Below, piece by piece: positions 25,101 through 55,844 of a stretch of DNA of 64,000 nucleotides. Position numbers and translations under genes: made by a program. The number at the start of each line of letters is the position of its first letter. The stretch's first letter is position 1. The notes under the pieces were generated by a model. The model saw nothing but the letters and a program-made list of their open reading frames with translations. It was not told the DNA's origin and ran no database searches. This DNA is from Tubulanus polymorphus (Eukaryota > Animalia > Nemertea): contig NC_134034.1 in assembly GCF_964204645.1 (NCBI RefSeq), forward strand, positions 2,542,072 to 2,606,071. Direction: 5' to 3'.

Positions 25101-25662
25101 GCAAGAGCGCGTAGGTCGGTCGGGACGGTCGCGTCGCAGAAAGTAGAACATGTACGACTCACTGCGTCTGGCATCGCTGGCAGTCGCAACCCGTCGCAAG
25201 GAAGCGTAGCTTGGCGAGTCGTTGCGACGCGATCGACATTGGCGGTCGCAGTGAATCGCGCCGCAGTGAGTCGCAAGGCCGACCCACGCCCGGCTTAAAG
25301 AACGACTCCTTTTAAGTTACTTTTCTTCAGAATTGTTCACACATTTCTATGACCTTTCACATTTCATCGTACCTTTAAATGAACATCAAAGTTTCACATT
25401 CAATCCGATATCGAAAATATCGGCGATCAAACTTCTGAAAACCTACCGAGTGAGGGTCGACGAGTAATTTCACGATCTTCGCCAGATTCACCGGTTGCAG
25501 CTTGACGCCTCGTAGAATGCCCATATCATCGTCGGTGATCATGTGACCGACGACGGGAATCCTCAACTTATCGGGGACGACCGCTTGAATCATCGTCTTA
25601 CGATTCGCCGGCGACGACGACATTCCCGTTCGCGGATTCGTTTGTGTCTGCATAGCAGCCAT
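10619..25662 (-). CDS. CFAP69: Cilia- and flagella-associated protein 69 (ARM-repeat protein), ~942 aa, 20 exons
   Basis: Exons (- strand): 25662-25447, 24695-24630, 23762-23576, 23132-23034, 22664-22591, 22266-22188, 21487-21310, 20671-20496, 20355-20234, 19708-19489, 18309-18145, 17381-17266, 16941-16741, 15227-15035, 14078-13941, 13562-13486, 12938-12741, 12128-11977, 11641-11599, 10747-10619. Total 2829 nt, phase-consistent GT-AG. Recognisable CFAP69 segments include IPVVG, DLVQIFRILN.C, CGLPLLKEKTSDE, GHGNSFH.VGGRGNK.AQMR and GVRPVTPD. Confidence 0.93.
12195..12595. repeat. 77-bp dispersed minisatellite family A (hairpin cacttg-tgg-caagtg plus CCACCAGGTGTCGCTA)
   Basis: About 5 units here. 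The same unit forms arrays at 18450-19465, 29542-29955, 34743-34940 and 46508-46775. Confidence 0.9.
12970..13135. mobile_element. MITE with 17-bp TIR CAGTGTTTTCAATAAGA (hAT-like)
   Basis: Perfect TIRs plus subterminal gccaggtccc/gggacctggc inverted repeats. The 8-mer ctacatga lies on both flanks, offset by 2 bp on the left, so the TSD is imperfect. Confidence 0.65.
15335..16110. repeat. 41-bp minisatellite containing the 20-bp perfect palindrome ACTATGAGATATCTCATAGT
   Basis: About 18 units. Alternating cagttcagcc/cggttcagcg variants give an 82-bp higher-order dimer. Confidence 0.92.
16177..16388. mobile_element. Two adjacent short PIF/Harbinger-like MITEs
   Basis: gccagttgctcaaaagttggtta...taaccaacttttgagcaactggc, followed by gacccagttccacagt...actgtggaactggacc with CWG flanks. 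The second family recurs at ~24115-24295, 24367-24479, 53495-53597 and 55120-55222. Confidence 0.7.
16404..16676. mobile_element. MITE, 14-bp TIR CATAGGCGTCCCCA, 5-bp TSD CTGAT
   Basis: TIRs are perfect and CTGAT lies at 16399-16403 and 16677-16681. Superfamily not assigned. Confidence 0.8.
17103..17261. mobile_element. PIF/Harbinger-like MITE (TTA TSD) inserted in the CFAP69 exon-12 splice donor
   Basis: Imperfect TIRs gggatcgctcatttattatgt / acgtaataaatcaatgatccc. TTA lies at 17100-17102 and 17262-17264. Confidence 0.75.
17455..18072. repeat. Second array of the 41-bp palindromic minisatellite
   Basis: Same unit as 15335-16110, about 15 units. Confidence 0.9.
18450..19465. repeat. 77-bp minisatellite family A, largest array (~13 units)
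   Basis: Repeated gacacctggtggatcctcacttgccacaagtggaatcctctattg. Confidence 0.92.
19800..20215. repeat. 61-bp dispersed minisatellite family B (aaagatggctgcctccataaatccccctatgacatcatcaaa)
   Basis: About 6 units with alternating variants. Related copies occur at 30198-30650, 38240-38505, 39495-40000 and 40310-40530. Confidence 0.85.
20760..21292. repeat. Degenerate ACATGT/TGCATG-rich short-period repeat
   Basis: Dense catgttacatgtagtatta units, with an internal ~160-bp duplication. Confidence 0.75.
21631..21894 (-). mobile_element. piggyBac-type non-autonomous element (TTAA TSD) nested in a Harbinger-like MITE
   Basis: TTAA lies at 21627-21630 and 21895-21898, with CCC...GGG termini. The joined flanks match the reverse complement of the empty MITE at 43373-43501. 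Confidence 0.8.
22050..22103. repeat. (AAT)n microsatellite
   Basis: Direct reading. Confidence 0.95.
22336..22546. mobile_element. MITE, TIR CAGGCGCGGATC, 5-bp TSD GTTGT
   Basis: GTTGT lies at 22331-22335 and 22547-22551. A related decayed copy occurs at ~37848-37990. Confidence 0.8.
22695..22957 (-). mobile_element. piggyBac-type MITE copy (decayed)
   Basis: Colinear with the reverse complement of 50152-50432 and flanked by TTAA. Confidence 0.7.
23842..24025. repeat. 62-bp tandem repeat, 3 copies
   Basis: Unit starts at 23842, 23904 and 23966. Confidence 0.9.
24988..25295. mobile_element. GC-rich PIF/Harbinger-like MITE, ~25-bp imperfect TIR, TAA TSD
   Basis: agccgagcgtaggccgaccttgcga ... 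tcgcaaggccgacccacgcccggct. TAA lies at 24985-24987 and 25296-25298, and there are internal gtcgca/tgcgac repeats. Confidence 0.82.
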
Positions 25663-25979
25663 CTCTAATTCCCGGTTATTAATTCCGTTCTAAAATCGGG
25701 GGATGACTTAATAACAATAGATAGTCAGGCTAAACTCTAATCACAAATTTCGACTTGATTATTTGTTGACTTCTTCCTTTGAATTTGATGGTTTGTTTTG
25801 ATCCCAATTATCATCGCTTTAAAACAATTGAAACCTATATTTCGTGCTTTATTTGGCCCTGTTTCCCGTCTCTTAACTCGGGGCCACACGGGCCAGGTGA
25901 AATATAGCCGCAAATAATCCTTCAATCGCGGGAAAATCGACCGATTCTTCCTCGGTTTCTAACAGTTCAACGAGTCCAT

Positions 25980-26030
25980 GTCCGCCATATTGCTTACGTT
26001 GTTGTTATTGGTTACCGGGGATATTCAAAG
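25980..26030 (-). promoter_or_regulatory. Putative CFAP69 promoter elements: YY1-like AATATGGCGG and X-box-like GTTACCGGGGATAT
   Basis: ccgccatatt at 25982-25991 and gttaccggggatat at 26011-26024, about 330-360 bp upstream of the CFAP69 ATG. RFX X-boxes are typical of ciliary genes. Motif match only. Confidence 0.35.
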
Positions 26031-28065
26031 CGCTGCCGCGGTATGGACGCCCTGATGTGGATATTCTCGGAGCTATCCATTTCTCTCACCACGCGTGCCG
26101 CAGTACACTAAGTAAGTAAAACGCGGAAAAGGTATATAAAAATGTGACTGATTCCGAATACGGCGCCGCCCGCGGCCACAGCGGTAATGGCTTAGATTTT
26201 AGTAATCAATCTAAGTCTAAGGCCAGTCTTAAGACCACCTTCGTTCCATAGCCAATGTAAAAAGTTAGACCAATTGTTGCCTTTGAGCAAACAGGTCCTG
26301 GCTGTGATTTCGGGCCCGAAAAGGTCCGGCCTAGCCGCTGGCCAGTGGACGTCGTGTTTTTTACATTTTAGAAATAAAATTTCGATTTTAAATTCTTTTA
26401 ATGGTAGATAGCGGGTTTTTATCCCATTGTCCCTGGTTCATTCGGCATCCCGGCACTGACTCGAGAGTTGATCACATTAACTAAGGGGCCTGATGTCCGC
26501 AGAGCCAATACCCGATCCTCGATGAGGAGAACATTTAAAAACATTTTTCGATGTTAATTCGTTAGCCGTTTTTGCATCAGTTTCGTTTAACGTTTTTGTA
26601 TAATCGAGGTCATGTTAACTAATTAGATGCTTGTGGCCCTTATCAGCCCAGAGCGCGAGACGGGGTCAGTCGCTAGAATGCCTCCACTCATTGTAAGAAA
26701 AACAGATGAAGTTAAATAAAACATCAGTCACTCGGGGAGCGAAAACGATCACAAATACACTGCCCGCTCTTTATTTTCTTTAGTGTGCCCTCTTAGTAAT
26801 TTTAGTTGGCGAAAAGATGTCGTACGAACGAAAACCTTTACATTCCCAACACAAAGATACCATCCGAACGAAAAGATTATTTCGTTTCCGCGAATAATTT
26901 AATTCTTTCCCACGTCATTCAAGTCTCCGGGGCCCTAACCTGACCGTTACGGCGACCCTTCTTCCGTGTTTTAATCTTCACCACATTCGGCTCATTCTAC
27001 CTTGCATCGAACTGAAACCGACAACAGCAAATTCAATTCGGCTTTATTCAAAGTATTTAAAAAACATCTTTTGAATTTCTTTTCGTCAACTATGGGTACA
27101 AAATGCTAAATCTATAGCTTAAAGAGATTTGTTAAATATTATGAAATGATCCTATAAACGATATACATCACAAGATTCAAATAAATCTATAGGATAGCAA
27201 AAAGTTCAGCCCGGATGTAGATATTCCTGGTCGGAAATATCGGTGAAGCCCGGCCCCGGAGCGGACGCTAATTCGCATCCCATAATTCTGTAAAATTGCA
27301 CCTGAAAAAATAGAAAAAAACAACGATAAATCATGAATCGTGTCTAGATTTCAACCTCTGATGACGTTCTGAGGTAAGTTCTCGAACCGTTCGAGTCGAA
27401 TGCTATCGAAATTCGTGAATAAATCCGTTACGAATCGTAGAAAAACCGAATTGAAATCGAATTTCGCCGTGAAAACGTCGTTTTTTGGGAGCGACTGCAT
27501 GCAGTGTGTGCAGTTCGTTCGATGACCCTAAATCTAATAACGCTTATACGTAATCTAACCATTAGACTAAAGGTGCGCCAGGGCCAAGGAGAGTTGGAGA
27601 ACAGTTTGAGAAAAAATAGTGGATAAGAGTAGTATTCATACCCAGGCTCGCAACAACAACATTGCTTAGCGTGCGTCCACTGACAGTACCTCTCTACCTC
27701 TGGAGGCTTGTGGAATGTTTTAACTTAATAAAGCGCTCAACCCTGATCATCTGGACCCTCTACTCCCTAACCCTATCAAAACCCTCACCTTAAACCTTAC
27801 AAGATGAATTTTTTTGTTATTTTTATATCTTATCAGGCCTAGGCCTGGGCGAAAAAGCGTTTACTAAAATAATGCTGCCTCGGCCAAATATCCACTGTTA
27901 AATATTTGAAATATTCATTTCAAATTGTCATCGATTTCCCTTTTTAGTAATTTCTAATTTCGAAAATGATTTTCTCTCAAAATTCCAGCAATTAAACGCA
28001 TAGCTCACGATTTCTTGAAAATAGTTTCCAAAACGACCACAGCTAGACGAGATGGCGTAGTAACC

Positions 28066-46918
<18,853 letters not shown>

Positions 46919-48164
46919 TTCCAGCTGAATCAACGCGATCGATTAGGCTCGTTCTAAAAATGTGATCGAATAACGGTCGAACTGACACGGATGCAAGGAT
47001 GTTGCATTAAAGCTGAACTGACTAATTGTATAGGTTGAATTAAAGCTGAACAGAAGCTGTAAAGTTTGTATTAAAGCTGAACTGACATGGATCACTGAGA
47101 ATGTTGCATTAAGCTGAATACCGGTTATATTAAAAGCTGAACTGACTAATTGTATAGGTTGAACTAAAGCTGAACAGAAGTTGAAAAGTTTGTATTAAAG
47201 CTGAACTGACATGGATCGCTGAGAATGTTGCATTAAGCTGAATACCGGTTATATTAAAAGCTGAACTGACTAATTGTATAGGTTGAATTATTAAAGCTGA
47301 ACGGACGCAGGTTGTATTATCTAAGGCAGGTTTTGATCGGTCGCTACCAGTTCTGAAATTTTCCTCTGGCGTTTTCGCATTGACCAGAGTCAAGACCCAT
47401 CGATAGTGTAATCTGTAAACCTGATAGAAGCTGCCGATTTGATAGGTTTATATGGATTCTGGAATTCGACCAGAATATACTCTACCTATTCTCGAAAAGC
47501 AAAAATTTCTACAACCTGATAAAAGCGGCCGGTAGAGAGTTTGTAATCCGAAATTCTTATTAATTGGTCTCTTCTGATTCGGGAATTCTGTTCTGTTACG
47601 TCTGCTCTACCTATTGCAGAATAGCGTAATGTGTAAACCTAGAAGCTGCCGGCAAAGAGTTCTTTTGATCTGGAATCGCTATTCCTAAACCGAACTACCT
47701 GCAGTCGAAACTCGCCTGAAGCTTGAACTGACATGGGGGGGTTGTATTAATAGACATTGAACTGACATGAGGTACTGATCTTCCACGTAAGAATGCTTAA
47801 AGCTGAAGTGATATTGAGATTGTTTTTGTGCGTGTGTAAGTTGCTGACCCTCGATTGCGAAACTGAAAAAGAAATGCGCTTCACTTTTTTTTTCGTGGAT
47901 TTGTTGCATCTGAGTGTGGAAAATAACTGAAAAATCAGCGACAACAAAAAAAATATTTTTCTACTTTTCTGTTACTTGATAACGTTGTCGGACCGAAAAC
48001 TAGTTCTCCTCAAAATGCTTGTATATATTGATGCATCTAAGCATCCCACTGTATAGATATGAATTATCCACTTTATAGTTGGTTTTCATCATAAATAGGT
48101 TTCGTTGTGATAGAAATGTTTACGAGACCAGGGTAGGGCGTCTTTAAATCGGATCCAAGTTGAA

Positions 48165-48630
48165 ATTGGTCTATAAAACCAGCCCCTGCAGGGTTAAACT
48201 TTAAACAGACCAACTGATTAATTACTCAATATTATATAAATGGAGTAAAATTAGTCTGTAAACTAGCCCGTGCAGGGTTCAAGTTAAAACTGGTCTATAA
48301 AACCAGACCCTGCAGTGTTCAAGTTAAAACTGGTCTATTAAACCAGCCCCTGTAGGGTTCAAGTTAAAACTGGTCAATAAAACCAGCCCCTGTAGGGTTC
48401 AAGATAAAACTGGTCTATAAAACCAGCCCCTGCAGGGTTCAAGTTAAAACTGGTCTATTAAACCAGCCCCTGCAGGGTTCAAGTTAAAACTGGTCTATTA
48501 AACCAGCCCCTGCAGGGTTCAAGTTAAAACTGGTCTATTAAACCAGCCCCTGCAGGGTTCAAGTTAAAACTGGTCTATTAAACCAGCCCCTGCAGGCTTC
48601 GAGTTAAGACTGGTTTATAGAACTACCCTG
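48165..48630. repeat. 40-bp minisatellite family D array (reverse orientation)
   Basis: Repeated aaaccagcccctgcagggttcaagttaaaactggtctatt. Confidence 0.9.
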
Positions 48631-50151
48631 GAACCAGTGGCAAAGAGCCTAAGTCCAAAAATAGTCTTGGACAAAAACTCGGCTAAAGCCGTAACATTGG
48701 CCGTAATGAACTTAATTCCACTGAGCCTTGAATGTCTAACTAGGTGCGTGGTCTACAAAACTAGTATCTTGAATCAGATCTATAAAACCGGCCCGATGTC
48801 GTAAGTTTGCTAGGTAGCTTTTTACAAGTCCGTATATGATAATAGTTGAAGTCTGGTTCGTGAATATGATATTATATTTTCTAAATACGCTCGCTTGAAC
48901 AATTTGCTTCGTGGTCTGTGTGAGTGTTTGTAGGTACGTGTGATGTATTTGAGGCGTGAGGGCCCGCCGATGTAAAGAAATTAAAATCTAGTTACACCGC
49001 GAGATTGTAAATAATCGTGTTCTAATTATAATTATTGACTAATTAATCGATTAGTGTAATTAATGAATATACTCTACCACCGATTATTAATTAGTTTATT
49101 ATAGACATTAATTGAAGGAATTGGTGCAAGGCAAGAATGAAATTGTCTTAGGGTAAAATTGAGTTCTGCCAATGCGAGAGTTTGTTTAGTCGTACTCTGT
49201 TTTCTGGCTGTCGAAATTCGAGTTATGAAGGTTGAAATTTGAGTTATTCATGACGAAATTCGAGTTATTTTTATGTTGAAAATCCATATAGTAATAACTC
49301 GAATTTCGACGTAATTAACTCAAATTTCGACAAAAACTAATGACACAATGAGTCAAATTTCGACATGATATTTCGAATTTCGACATAATAACTCGAATTT
49401 CGACATGATAACTCAAATTTCGTCGTAATAAGTTGAAATCATGAAGAAAAAAAAACGGATCTCGTACGTCAGCAACGGGTTTCTTCTGAATCCAATCCCT
49501 TCAACTTGTAGAAATAATAACTTGAATCGACGACGACGAACAAAACCATTTCGAAAAGCTTGTAAATAATTTTTTGCTTCGCTTATTTATATGCGAGGAG
49601 TCGCAGTAGCAGACGGCGTGACATGTACAACATCCGGTCGCTGCGAGAAGCCGCAGCAGCAGACGGCGTGACTTGTACAACAACCGGTCGCTGCATATTG
49701 TATATTAGTTACCGGGTATATCATCGTTTTTGATTTTACATAAAATCGTAGTTTACCCTTTTTATCGTCATTAGTTGCGTATATATTGTATTTTAGTCAG
49801 TTTTTGTAAATATTGGAGAATGTGATTTTTAACCGGCCGCGCTGTCGCGGTTCGGAAATATGTAAATTGTAAGTTTGTAAATACGCGGAGGTAACGAAAA
49901 TTATTACGGTTCGTTTTGTTTCCGGTTTTTCATTCGCGATCGTTGCATTTAGAATTTACGTTTATATCTCGTATGAAATTATATCGCGATCGAAGCGCAG
50001 AAACGAACGGCAGAACCTCTGTCACAACACACTTCAGGATTCAGTTCCACAGTGCTACTTTTTGATGATGAACGAGGCATCTGCAAAAACTTTTTCAGAG
50101 CGTTCGTGATAGTGATACTAAATGTTGATCGAATAATCGTGATAATCTTAA

Positions 50152-50432
50152 CCCTTTCCGTGCTGACTAATTAATACCCTATAGTGCTTGAGAAAATGTG
50201 AAAATTTGGGAAAATTCCACCCTAGTGTGTTGAATTACGGGAATACCACTATAGTGCGTCTACACCGCGGTGCAGTGTATCATTAGTTACTAATATTTCA
50301 CTATGTTTGACAGGTGCTGCCATCTTTCAAGAGAGAGAATTACTAATTACATCAATACACCACATTGCAGTGTACAAGCAAAATCCATCACCGATTTATA
50401 CACCGCACTGCGGTGTAGACGTACTGAAAGGG
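50152..50432 (+). mobile_element. piggyBac-type non-autonomous element, complete 281-bp copy
   Basis: TTAA lies at 50148-50151 and 50433-50436, with termini CCCTTTCCGTGC / GTACTGAAAGGG. Five copies in the window: 21631, 22695, 31782, ~37080-37280 (partial) and 50152. Confidence 0.88.
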
Positions 50433-51039
50433 TTAAGCAAAACACGTATCACTTCTGGGCAGCAGACATGTCCTAGTACACGTGATTAGTGCGTAGGTTA
50501 TTCAGTGATGATGAGCGGTTACAATGTTTATCGTGAACGCAATTCACTAAACCAGTACTTCTTTTTCCGCACCAAAAGTGCTGTGAAAAGCGCTTACTTT
50601 TTTGCTTGAAAGCCGAACTGCTACAAACCGTGCGATCGGTATGAATGTATTGAAATTGTCCCAATATTTGGGACAAAATTCTAGGTTTGTAACTGATAAA
50701 CCGTTTTATCTGAGGTCGTTATAATAAGGTTCGGCCGTATCAAAACAATCCCAGTAATAAACCGTGCTCGACCCATGATATATATTATTCAATGTCCCGG
50801 CCTGAGTGCTTGGCGCAATTGTAACAGCCACTTCGATTGGTTGATTTTAAAGGTTTTTCAATGAACTGACCAATGAAAACTGATGACACTTTAAAGCGCA
50901 CTGTTTACAACTGAGTGGGTATCAATCCGCAGCCTGGAGTAATCATCCGACATACTCCGAGCTGGAAACCACCACTAACGGATATTCAGTATTGTTTGTG
51001 AAGGATGGATGATTTGTTTTTGTAAGAAGACTTTTGATC

Positions 51040-51560
51040 AGAACACTTTCATAAACTAATCGTCCACACTTCACATGAGTTCAGTGCTTCACCAGAGACA
51101 TTTTTAATCGAAAATGAACTACAAACATCAGATATTAGACATTTCATCAGAACACTTTCAAAAACTGATCATCCACACTTCACATGTGTTCAGTGCTTCA
51201 CCTGAGACATTTTTAATCGAAAATGAACTACAAACATCAGACACTAGACATTTTATCAGCACACTTTCAAAAACTGATCGTCCACACTTCACATGTGTTC
51301 AGTGCTTCACCTGAGACATTTTTAATAGAAAATGAACTACAAACACCAGACATTAGACATTTTATCAGCACAATGTCTGGTGTTTGTAGTTCATCATTTG
51401 GAATTGAAATGTCGGGTGAAGTTCTGAACTCATGTGAAGTGTGGTCAGTTTTTGAAAGTATGCTGATAAAATGTCTCATGTCTAGTGTTTGTAGTTCATT
51501 TTCAATTAGAAATATCCCTGATGAAGCACTGAACACATGTGAAGTGTGCACGATCACAAA
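51040..51560. repeat. ~109-bp repeat family C, inverted arrangement
   Basis: Three forward units to 51371, then about two reverse-complement units from 51372. Confidence 0.85.
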
Positions 51561-52380
51561 TTGAATGAATATCGATAAAGTATGGAATGCCTGTAGGGGG
51601 GACACCAGGTCTGTAGATATGACGATATCCGTATTAGGCCGAGTATTTTTAAATAATTCGATATCGGGTAATTTATAATTTATCAGAAAAATGCATTTCT
51701 ATCAATGAAAAATATATAAATATCGACGCGATGCTTCGATTACTTGAATCATCGACAATTGTGAAATCGATTATGATGTTAGCTTTAGTAACTATTTTTA
51801 TACTAATTATGTATTTCTCATGTAGTGATTATTATTATTATTATTGATATTTCTACATGATTATGGTAGCTTTATTGTCTTCTCTGCCTATGCAACGATA
51901 GTACAAGTACTAGTAGAACGCATGCATCGTCCTCGAGCGTTTATGAAACTATATCCAGTTCCGCCGATGTGAGTAAAATAGTTTTTTTTCAAAGGCAAAA
52001 CCTCATTCCGCATTTCTCCGATTAGATACGGCGTTTGGAAAAGTACTCGACATGTTCTAATGCTTAAAATGGATACCTTGTTTTCTCATTTCTGCTGAAT
52101 TTTATTTAAAGTTGATATTGCGGTTTAACGAAAATGACCCGGCCGATTAGCACGAACAAGGTATCATTTTTTTAAGCCTAAGATTTCATTTTCACATGAA
52201 CTAATTTTAACTTTGAAGTCAAATTCAAGATTTGACATCTACGGTTAAAACATGATTTCTTACTCTCAAATTGAACATAGAATGTGGAATTAAGCAAGGT
52301 TTGTCGTACATGTACCAGTAATATCTATTATCATATAGGACTCATCAGTTAGTGAATATGAATTTTTGTTGTAGTGCAGC

Positions 52381-52425
<45 letters not shown>

Positions 52426-52445
52426 CATTATAATTATTATTAGTA
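52381..52445. repeat. (TTA)n microsatellite
   Basis: Direct reading. Confidence 0.95.
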
Positions 52446-52636
52446 TTAATATTAATTGTTATCGAGGCGGGTTGTACATATTTAATGAAGTAAAATAAAA
52501 TCTCTTTGTTACCAAATGTAGATATGGTTGGTCTTTTTGTTTTAGCGGTTGAAGCCGATGGTTCTAAAGGGAATTAATTACAAATTGGAAAATGGAGGCT
52601 TCGGGATCATCGAGTTCCCGCGCAGCACGCCTAGGC

Positions 52637-55600
52637 TTGGTGTAATCTGCTTCGCTTCAGGAAAATCACTACTTATCACTTCTACAAACTTGACTTCACC
52701 TGTGACATTTCTAATTGAAAATGAACTACAAAAATGAAAATGTACTGACACTGATTCAGAGTGGTCCCGATGCTGAATAGAGGATGTGGGTGTCCCGGAT
52801 TCGAACCCAGTTATTACTGATACTGGTTCAGAGTGGCCCCGATGCTGAATAGAGGATACAGGGGTGTCGGGTTCAAACCCAGTAATTACTGATACTGATT
52901 CAGAGTGGTCCTGATGCTGAATAGAGGATGTACAGGGTGTCCGACGAGGAGGGATATCAAGATTTTTTAACGTTATCGCCATCTATTGGAATTTGGCTGA
53001 ACTGACTAGATAGCTCTTAGTTGTCTCACTAACTCTTCTTTAATCCGTTAAAATCACACTCGCCATCTGGTGGATATAACCATTATTAGACTGTGGTAGC
53101 ATAGAAATCCACCAGATGGCGAGTGTGATTTCAACCCATTGAAGAAGAGTCAGTGAGACAAATAAGAGCTATCTAGTGAGTTCATCCAAAATCCAATAGA
53201 TGGCGATCATAGTATCATTATTCTATGTACCAAAAGTTTTGGTTCGAGTGTAATAAACTATCTTATCTTATCTTATCTTAAACTAAGCGGATGTCCCGGG
53301 TTCGATCCTTGTACAATCTATGTGTTAATAGCTTCTGGGGTCCGAATCCCTAAGAGTCCACCCTTTAATTCACGCTGAGGGTACTGGTACCCTATATCCC
53401 GACTCGGAGTCAGTACTCAATACGGCGTTGTGCCCCAGCCATCCTCATTCCTGTAGCAGCCTTGTATTCATTATCCTTGTGTACCAGATATCTCGGGTCC
53501 AGTTCCACAGTTCCGAGTTTAGATTTAACTCTGAGTTAAATCATCGAAAATGAACTAACTTTAAAACTCTAACTCACAACTGTGTAACTGGGCCCTGAGT
53601 AGTTGCATTAGCACGTGTGAAGTTATTAGTCTGAACTGGCCGAACACACAGCACATAAACAATAAACCAATTGACAAAAACTATTTCAAAATGCATAATT
53701 TTTTTATTTCATAAAACATTCGCGTTTCATAGAAATATAAAATTCATCTATTCTCTCTTTTTTTCAATTTCTTTTTCGTGTTTAGCACCAATTATTAAAA
53801 AAACTTTATCCCGTAGCGTTATCTAAAAAGAAATGCTTTAATCCATACAGCGCGGGATTTCGTTGTAACGAACAGATCCCCGCTGGCCTGTTCTCATGAA
53901 AAAGGTTCGACTCTTAATCCGGATTTTATGGGTTTTTAAAAGTCTTGGGAAGTTATTAAAACTGGCAGCAGAAATAATAAACAAGGTATCCATTTTCTTT
54001 AGTTATGACTTTGCAAATGGAAGACAAAAATACAACAAATACAACAAACACAACAAACACCATTCCGTGTGAATTATTGTCATAAAACTAAATACAAAAT
54101 ACTGATTAGTGATGGCTTGACTCAATGCAATATATATAAGGGCCTTTCCCTCGGCATATGTTCAAACCTGATGACATCTTGAGACTCTGTCACAGTAGAC
54201 ACATCCTTTTGGTGTAATCTGCTTCGCTTCAGGAAAATCACTACTTATCACTTCTACAAACTTGACTTCACCTGTGACATTTCTAATTGAAAATGAACTA
54301 CAAAAATGAAAATGTACTGACACTGATTCAGAGTGGTCCCGATGCTGAATAGAGGATGTTTAGGGGTGTCTCGGGTTCAAACCAAGTAATTACTGATACT
54401 CTCGATGCTAAATAGAGGATGTGGGTGTCCCGGATTCGAACCCAGTTATTACTGATACTGGTTCAGAGTGGCCCCGATGCTGAATAGAGGATACAGGGGT
54501 GTCGGGTTCAAACCCAGTAATTACTGATACTGATTCAGAGTGGTCCTGATGCTGAATAGAGGATGTACAGGGTGTCCGACGAGGAGGGATATCAAGATTT
54601 TTTAACGTTATCGCCATCTATTGGAATTTGGCTGAACTGACTAGATAGCTCTTAGTTGTCTCACTAACTCTTCTTTAATCCGTTAAAATCACACTCGCCA
54701 TCTGGTGGATATAACCATTATTAGACTGTGGTAGCATAGAAATCCACCAGATGGCGAGTGTGATTTCAACCCATTGAAGAAGAGTCAGTGAGACAAATAA
54801 GAGCTATCTAGTGAGTTCATCCAAAATCCAATAGATGGCGATCATAGTATCATTATTCTATGTACCAAAAGTTTTGGTTCGAGTGTAATAAACTATCTTA
54901 TCTTATCTTATCTTAAACTAAGCGGATGTCCCGGGTTCGATCCTTGTACAATCTATGTGTTAATAGCTTCTGGGGTCCGAACCCCTAAGAGTCCACCCTT
55001 TAATTCACGCTGAGGGTACTGGTACCCTATATCCCGACTCGGAGTCAGTACTCAATACGGCGTTGTACCCCCAGCCATCCTCATTCCTATAGCCATTATC
55101 CTTGTGTACCAGATATCTCGGGTCCAGTTCCACAGTTCCGAGTTTAGATTTAACTCTGAGTTAAATCATCGAAAATGAACTAACTTTAAAACTCTAACTC
55201 ACAACTGTGTAACTGGGCCCTGAGTAGTTGCATTAGCACGTGTGAAGTTATTAGTCTGAACTGGCCGAACACACAGCACATAAACAATAAACCAATTGAC
55301 AAAAACTATTTCAAAATGCATAATTTTTTTATTTCATAAAACATTCGCGTTTCATAGAAATATAAAATTCATCTATTCTCTCTTTTTTTCAATTTCTTTT
55401 TCGTGTTTAGCACCAATTATAAAACATACTTTATCCCGTAGCGTTATTTAAAAAGAAATGCTTTAATCCGTACAGCGCGGGATTTCGTTGTAACGAACAG
55501 ATCCCCGCAGGCCTGTTCTCATGAAAAGCGTTCGACTTTTAATCAGGATTTTTATGGGTTTTTAAAAGTCTTGGGAAGTTATTAAATCTGGCAGCAGAAA

Positions 55601-55838
55601 TAATAAACAAGGTATCCATTTTCTTTAGTTATGACTTTGCAAATGGAAGACAAAAATACAACAAATACAACAAACACAACAAACACCATTCCGTGTGAAT
55701 TATTGTCATAAAACTAAATACAAAATACTGATTAGTGATGGCTTGACTCAATGCAATATATATAAGGGCCTTTCCCTCGGCATATGTTTAAACCTGATGA
55801 CATCTTGAGACTCTGTCACAGTAGACACATCCTTTTGG
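52637..55838. repeat. ~1.6-kb direct tandem duplication (copy 1 52637-54208, copy 2 54209-55838)
   Basis: Near-identical colinear sequence. TTGG occurs at the start (52637), the junction (54209) and the end (55835-55838). Copy 2 has one extra ~55-bp internal repeat unit and small indels. Confidence 0.92.
52975..53207. mobile_element. Foldback/MITE-like palindrome (~100-bp arms, ~31-bp spacer); second copy at 54610-54842
   Basis: atcgccatctattgga...cacactcgccatctggtggat / atccaccagatggcgagtgtg...tccaatagatggcgat. Confidence 0.8.
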
Positions 55839-55844
55839 ATTGTG

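Noticed and set aside
24984-25298. Arg/Ala-rich ORFs on both strands
   Set aside because: They coincide exactly with a TIR- and TSD-bounded MITE.
52578-54617. Duplicated ORF MAITLKNLDIPPRR... (134 aa and 69 aa)
   Set aside because: It is built from ~70-bp repeats and a MITE end, is broken in the second copy, and has no splice or domain support.
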